Below, piece by piece: positions 62,830-64,000 of a stretch of DNA of 64,000 bases. A model generated the notes under the pieces. That model worked only from the letters and a program-made list of their open reading frames with translations. It did no database searches and had not been told where the DNA came from. Position 1 is the stretch's first letter, and each line of letters starts with the position of its first letter. A program made the translations under genes and the position numbers. Origin of the DNA: Verrucomicrobiota bacterium (GTDB taxonomy: Bacteria > Verrucomicrobiota > Verrucomicrobiia > Palsa-1439); NCBI GenBank assembly GCA_003152315.1, contig PLZV01000053.1, positions 48,931 through 112,930 of the forward strand, in the 5' to 3' direction.

Positions 62830-64000
62830 ATGGGGGGCATCGGTATGAAACTGGGCAGGCTCATTTTCGTATTTTTTCTGGCGCTGTTGACGCAAGCGCT
62901 GGGCGGGACCTATACCATCCACAGCACGCGCATCCCGGTCCCGGTGACCGCCGATGGCACGGTCGGCGGCGATACGTCCGCATCTTCGACCAACACCCTG
63001 GAGATCGATGCGAATATTTACGTGCCCGACGGCGTAGTCGCGCCCGTCGCAGTGGTGGTGGTGGTCCACGGCTTCGCGGAAACGAAAAGCACCCCGACCA
63101 TCGTGACGTTCGCTGAGGATTTTGCCGCGGCGGGCTACGTCGTGGTCACGCCCACCGTCCGCGGCTTCGGGAATTCCGACGGCTCGGTTTCGTTGGTCGG
63201 ACCCAACGAGGTCAACGACCTGAAAACCATCATCCTGGCGATGCAAACGGGCTCGATCGGGGATGCACCGGCGATAGCGATACCCGTCACCAGCGCGAGC
63301 AAGTTCGGCGTGATAGGGCCATCCTACGGCGGCGGACACACCTTCGAGATCGTGCGGACACACGTGGCCGGCTTGACCGCGGTGATCCCGATCATCGGCT
63401 GGACGGACCTTTACCAGGCGCTGGCGCCCAATGACGTTCCCAAGCTGACGTATTCGCTGGGCCTCTTCGCCAGTGGCTTTGATTTCACGAATCCAAACTA
63501 TGCGCCGGTGATGTTCGACTGGCTCCGCGACATTCTCAACGGCACGCCGGAGAAAACGCGCCAGGGTGCTCCGGAGAACAACATCGATTGGCGCTCGGTG
63601 ATCTTCAATCCAGCGGAGCTGACTGTCCCGGCCTTTGTGATTCAGGGTTGGCAGGACGATTTGTTTCCCGCCGAACAGGCCCTTCAACTCGCCCAAACCA
63701 ATCATTCCATCCCGTTCCTGAAACTTTACATCGGTGGGCTGGGGCATCCGCCCGCTTCGTCAAGTGTCACGGGCAATGAAGGAATGTATTTGCGGACCCA
63801 AGCCGTCCGTTGGTTCGACCAATGGCTCAAGGGTATCGACACCGGCATCACGAACGAGCCGCCCGTGACGCTGGCTCCTGAGAACACGACGAACTGGTCA
63901 AGCAATGCGTTGCTACAGGCCAGCAGCCTGCCACTACCGGGCATGGTTACGAACACGTACTTCCTCAACGGGGCGCTGCTCTCCACCGTCAGCCCGGCCG
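62830..64000 (+). CDS. Secreted alpha/beta hydrolase, CocE/NonD / X-Pro dipeptidyl-peptidase (S15)-like. Partial; it runs off the right edge.
   Basis: My own translation gives MGGIGMKLGRLIFVFFLALLTQALGG, then VVVVVHGFAE, VRGFGNSDG, the elbow GVIGPSYGGGH and WQDDLFP. There is no stop before 64000, so it is absent from the ORF track. Confidence 0.7.
   Translation, partial: MGGIGMKLGRLIFVFFLALLTQALGGTYTIHSTRIPVPVTADGTVGGDTSASSTNTLEIDANIYVPDGVVAPVAVVVVVHGFAETKSTPTIVTFAEDFAAAGYVVVTPTVRGFGNSDGSVSLVGPNEVNDLKTIILAMQTGSIGDAPAIAIPVTSASKFGVIGPSYGGGHTFEIVRTHVAGLTAVIPIIGWTDLYQALAPNDVPKLTYSLGLFASGFDFTNPNYAPVMFDWLRDILNGTPEKTRQGAPENNIDWRSVIFNPAELTVPAFVIQGWQDDLFPAEQALQLAQTNHSIPFLKLYIGGLGHPPASSSVTGNEGMYLRTQAVRWFDQWLKGIDTGITNEPPVTLAPENTTNWSSNALLQASSLPLPGMVTNTYFLNGALLSTVSPA

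Noticed and set aside
62695-63747. 350-aa minus-strand ORF.
   Set aside because: It is antisense to the partial S15-like hydrolase. The hydrolase has a signal peptide, an HGF oxyanion region and a GxSxG elbow, whereas the antisense translation is Arg/Asp/His-rich with no motifs.

Overview
This is a 64-kb chromosomal segment from a high-GC Gram-negative bacterium. The gene content looks like the PVC superphylum or Verrucomicrobia: several ECF sigma modules, a pseudopilin-like C-terminal tail, an S55 peptidase and GGAGGG...CCCTCC palindromes. All calls rest on reading the ORF translations and the DNA by eye. No searches were run and no statistics were computed.

About 65 coding genes are supportable.
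- Housekeeping: the gltB 5' part, rplU-rpmA, trpD, ferritin, pcm, rsmB, der, rpiB and lepB.
- Nitrogen and ion homeostasis: a porin-amtB-glnK operon, two tandem KimA-like APC transporters, and crcB-DUF190.
- A putative glycoside compatible-solute cluster.
- A co-directional hydrolase/S55 peptidase/beta-propeller/MacB-like ABC cluster.
- Three ECF sigma modules.
- An arsR-arsC-arsM-ACR3 operon.

Cis-regulatory RNAs recognised directly in the sequence are a fluoride riboswitch upstream of crcB and a c-di-AMP (ydaO/kimA-type) riboswitch upstream of the tandem KimA-like genes. I also see two sigma54-type -24/-12 promoters, two strong sigma70-type promoters with operator palindromes, and one clear intrinsic terminator.

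The observations most worth follow-up are these.
1. Three direct copies of a 65-100 bp segment lie at about 57.9, 59.45 and 62.65 kb. Each carries an ECF-type promoter plus the first codons of an ECF sigma gene. Together they bracket two integrase-less cassettes (SPFH-Arc and the ars operon).
2. The adjacent operon encodes two ECF sigmas, one of them fused to a polytopic membrane domain of about 8 TM helices.
3. The S55/propeller/ABC cluster starts with an alpha/beta hydrolase whose nucleophile Ser is replaced by Asp.
4. A hairpin element occurs in two copies (10.4 kb and 47.0 kb) with compensatory stem changes.
5. There is a 131-aa protein containing only sigma70 region 2.
6. An AT-richer islet next to rpmA holds a decayed STAND NTPase/PD-(D/E)xK gene.
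7. A mobile-element scar lies at 52.4-53.8 kb.

No CRISPR array, rRNA gene, intact tRNA gene or transposase was seen.
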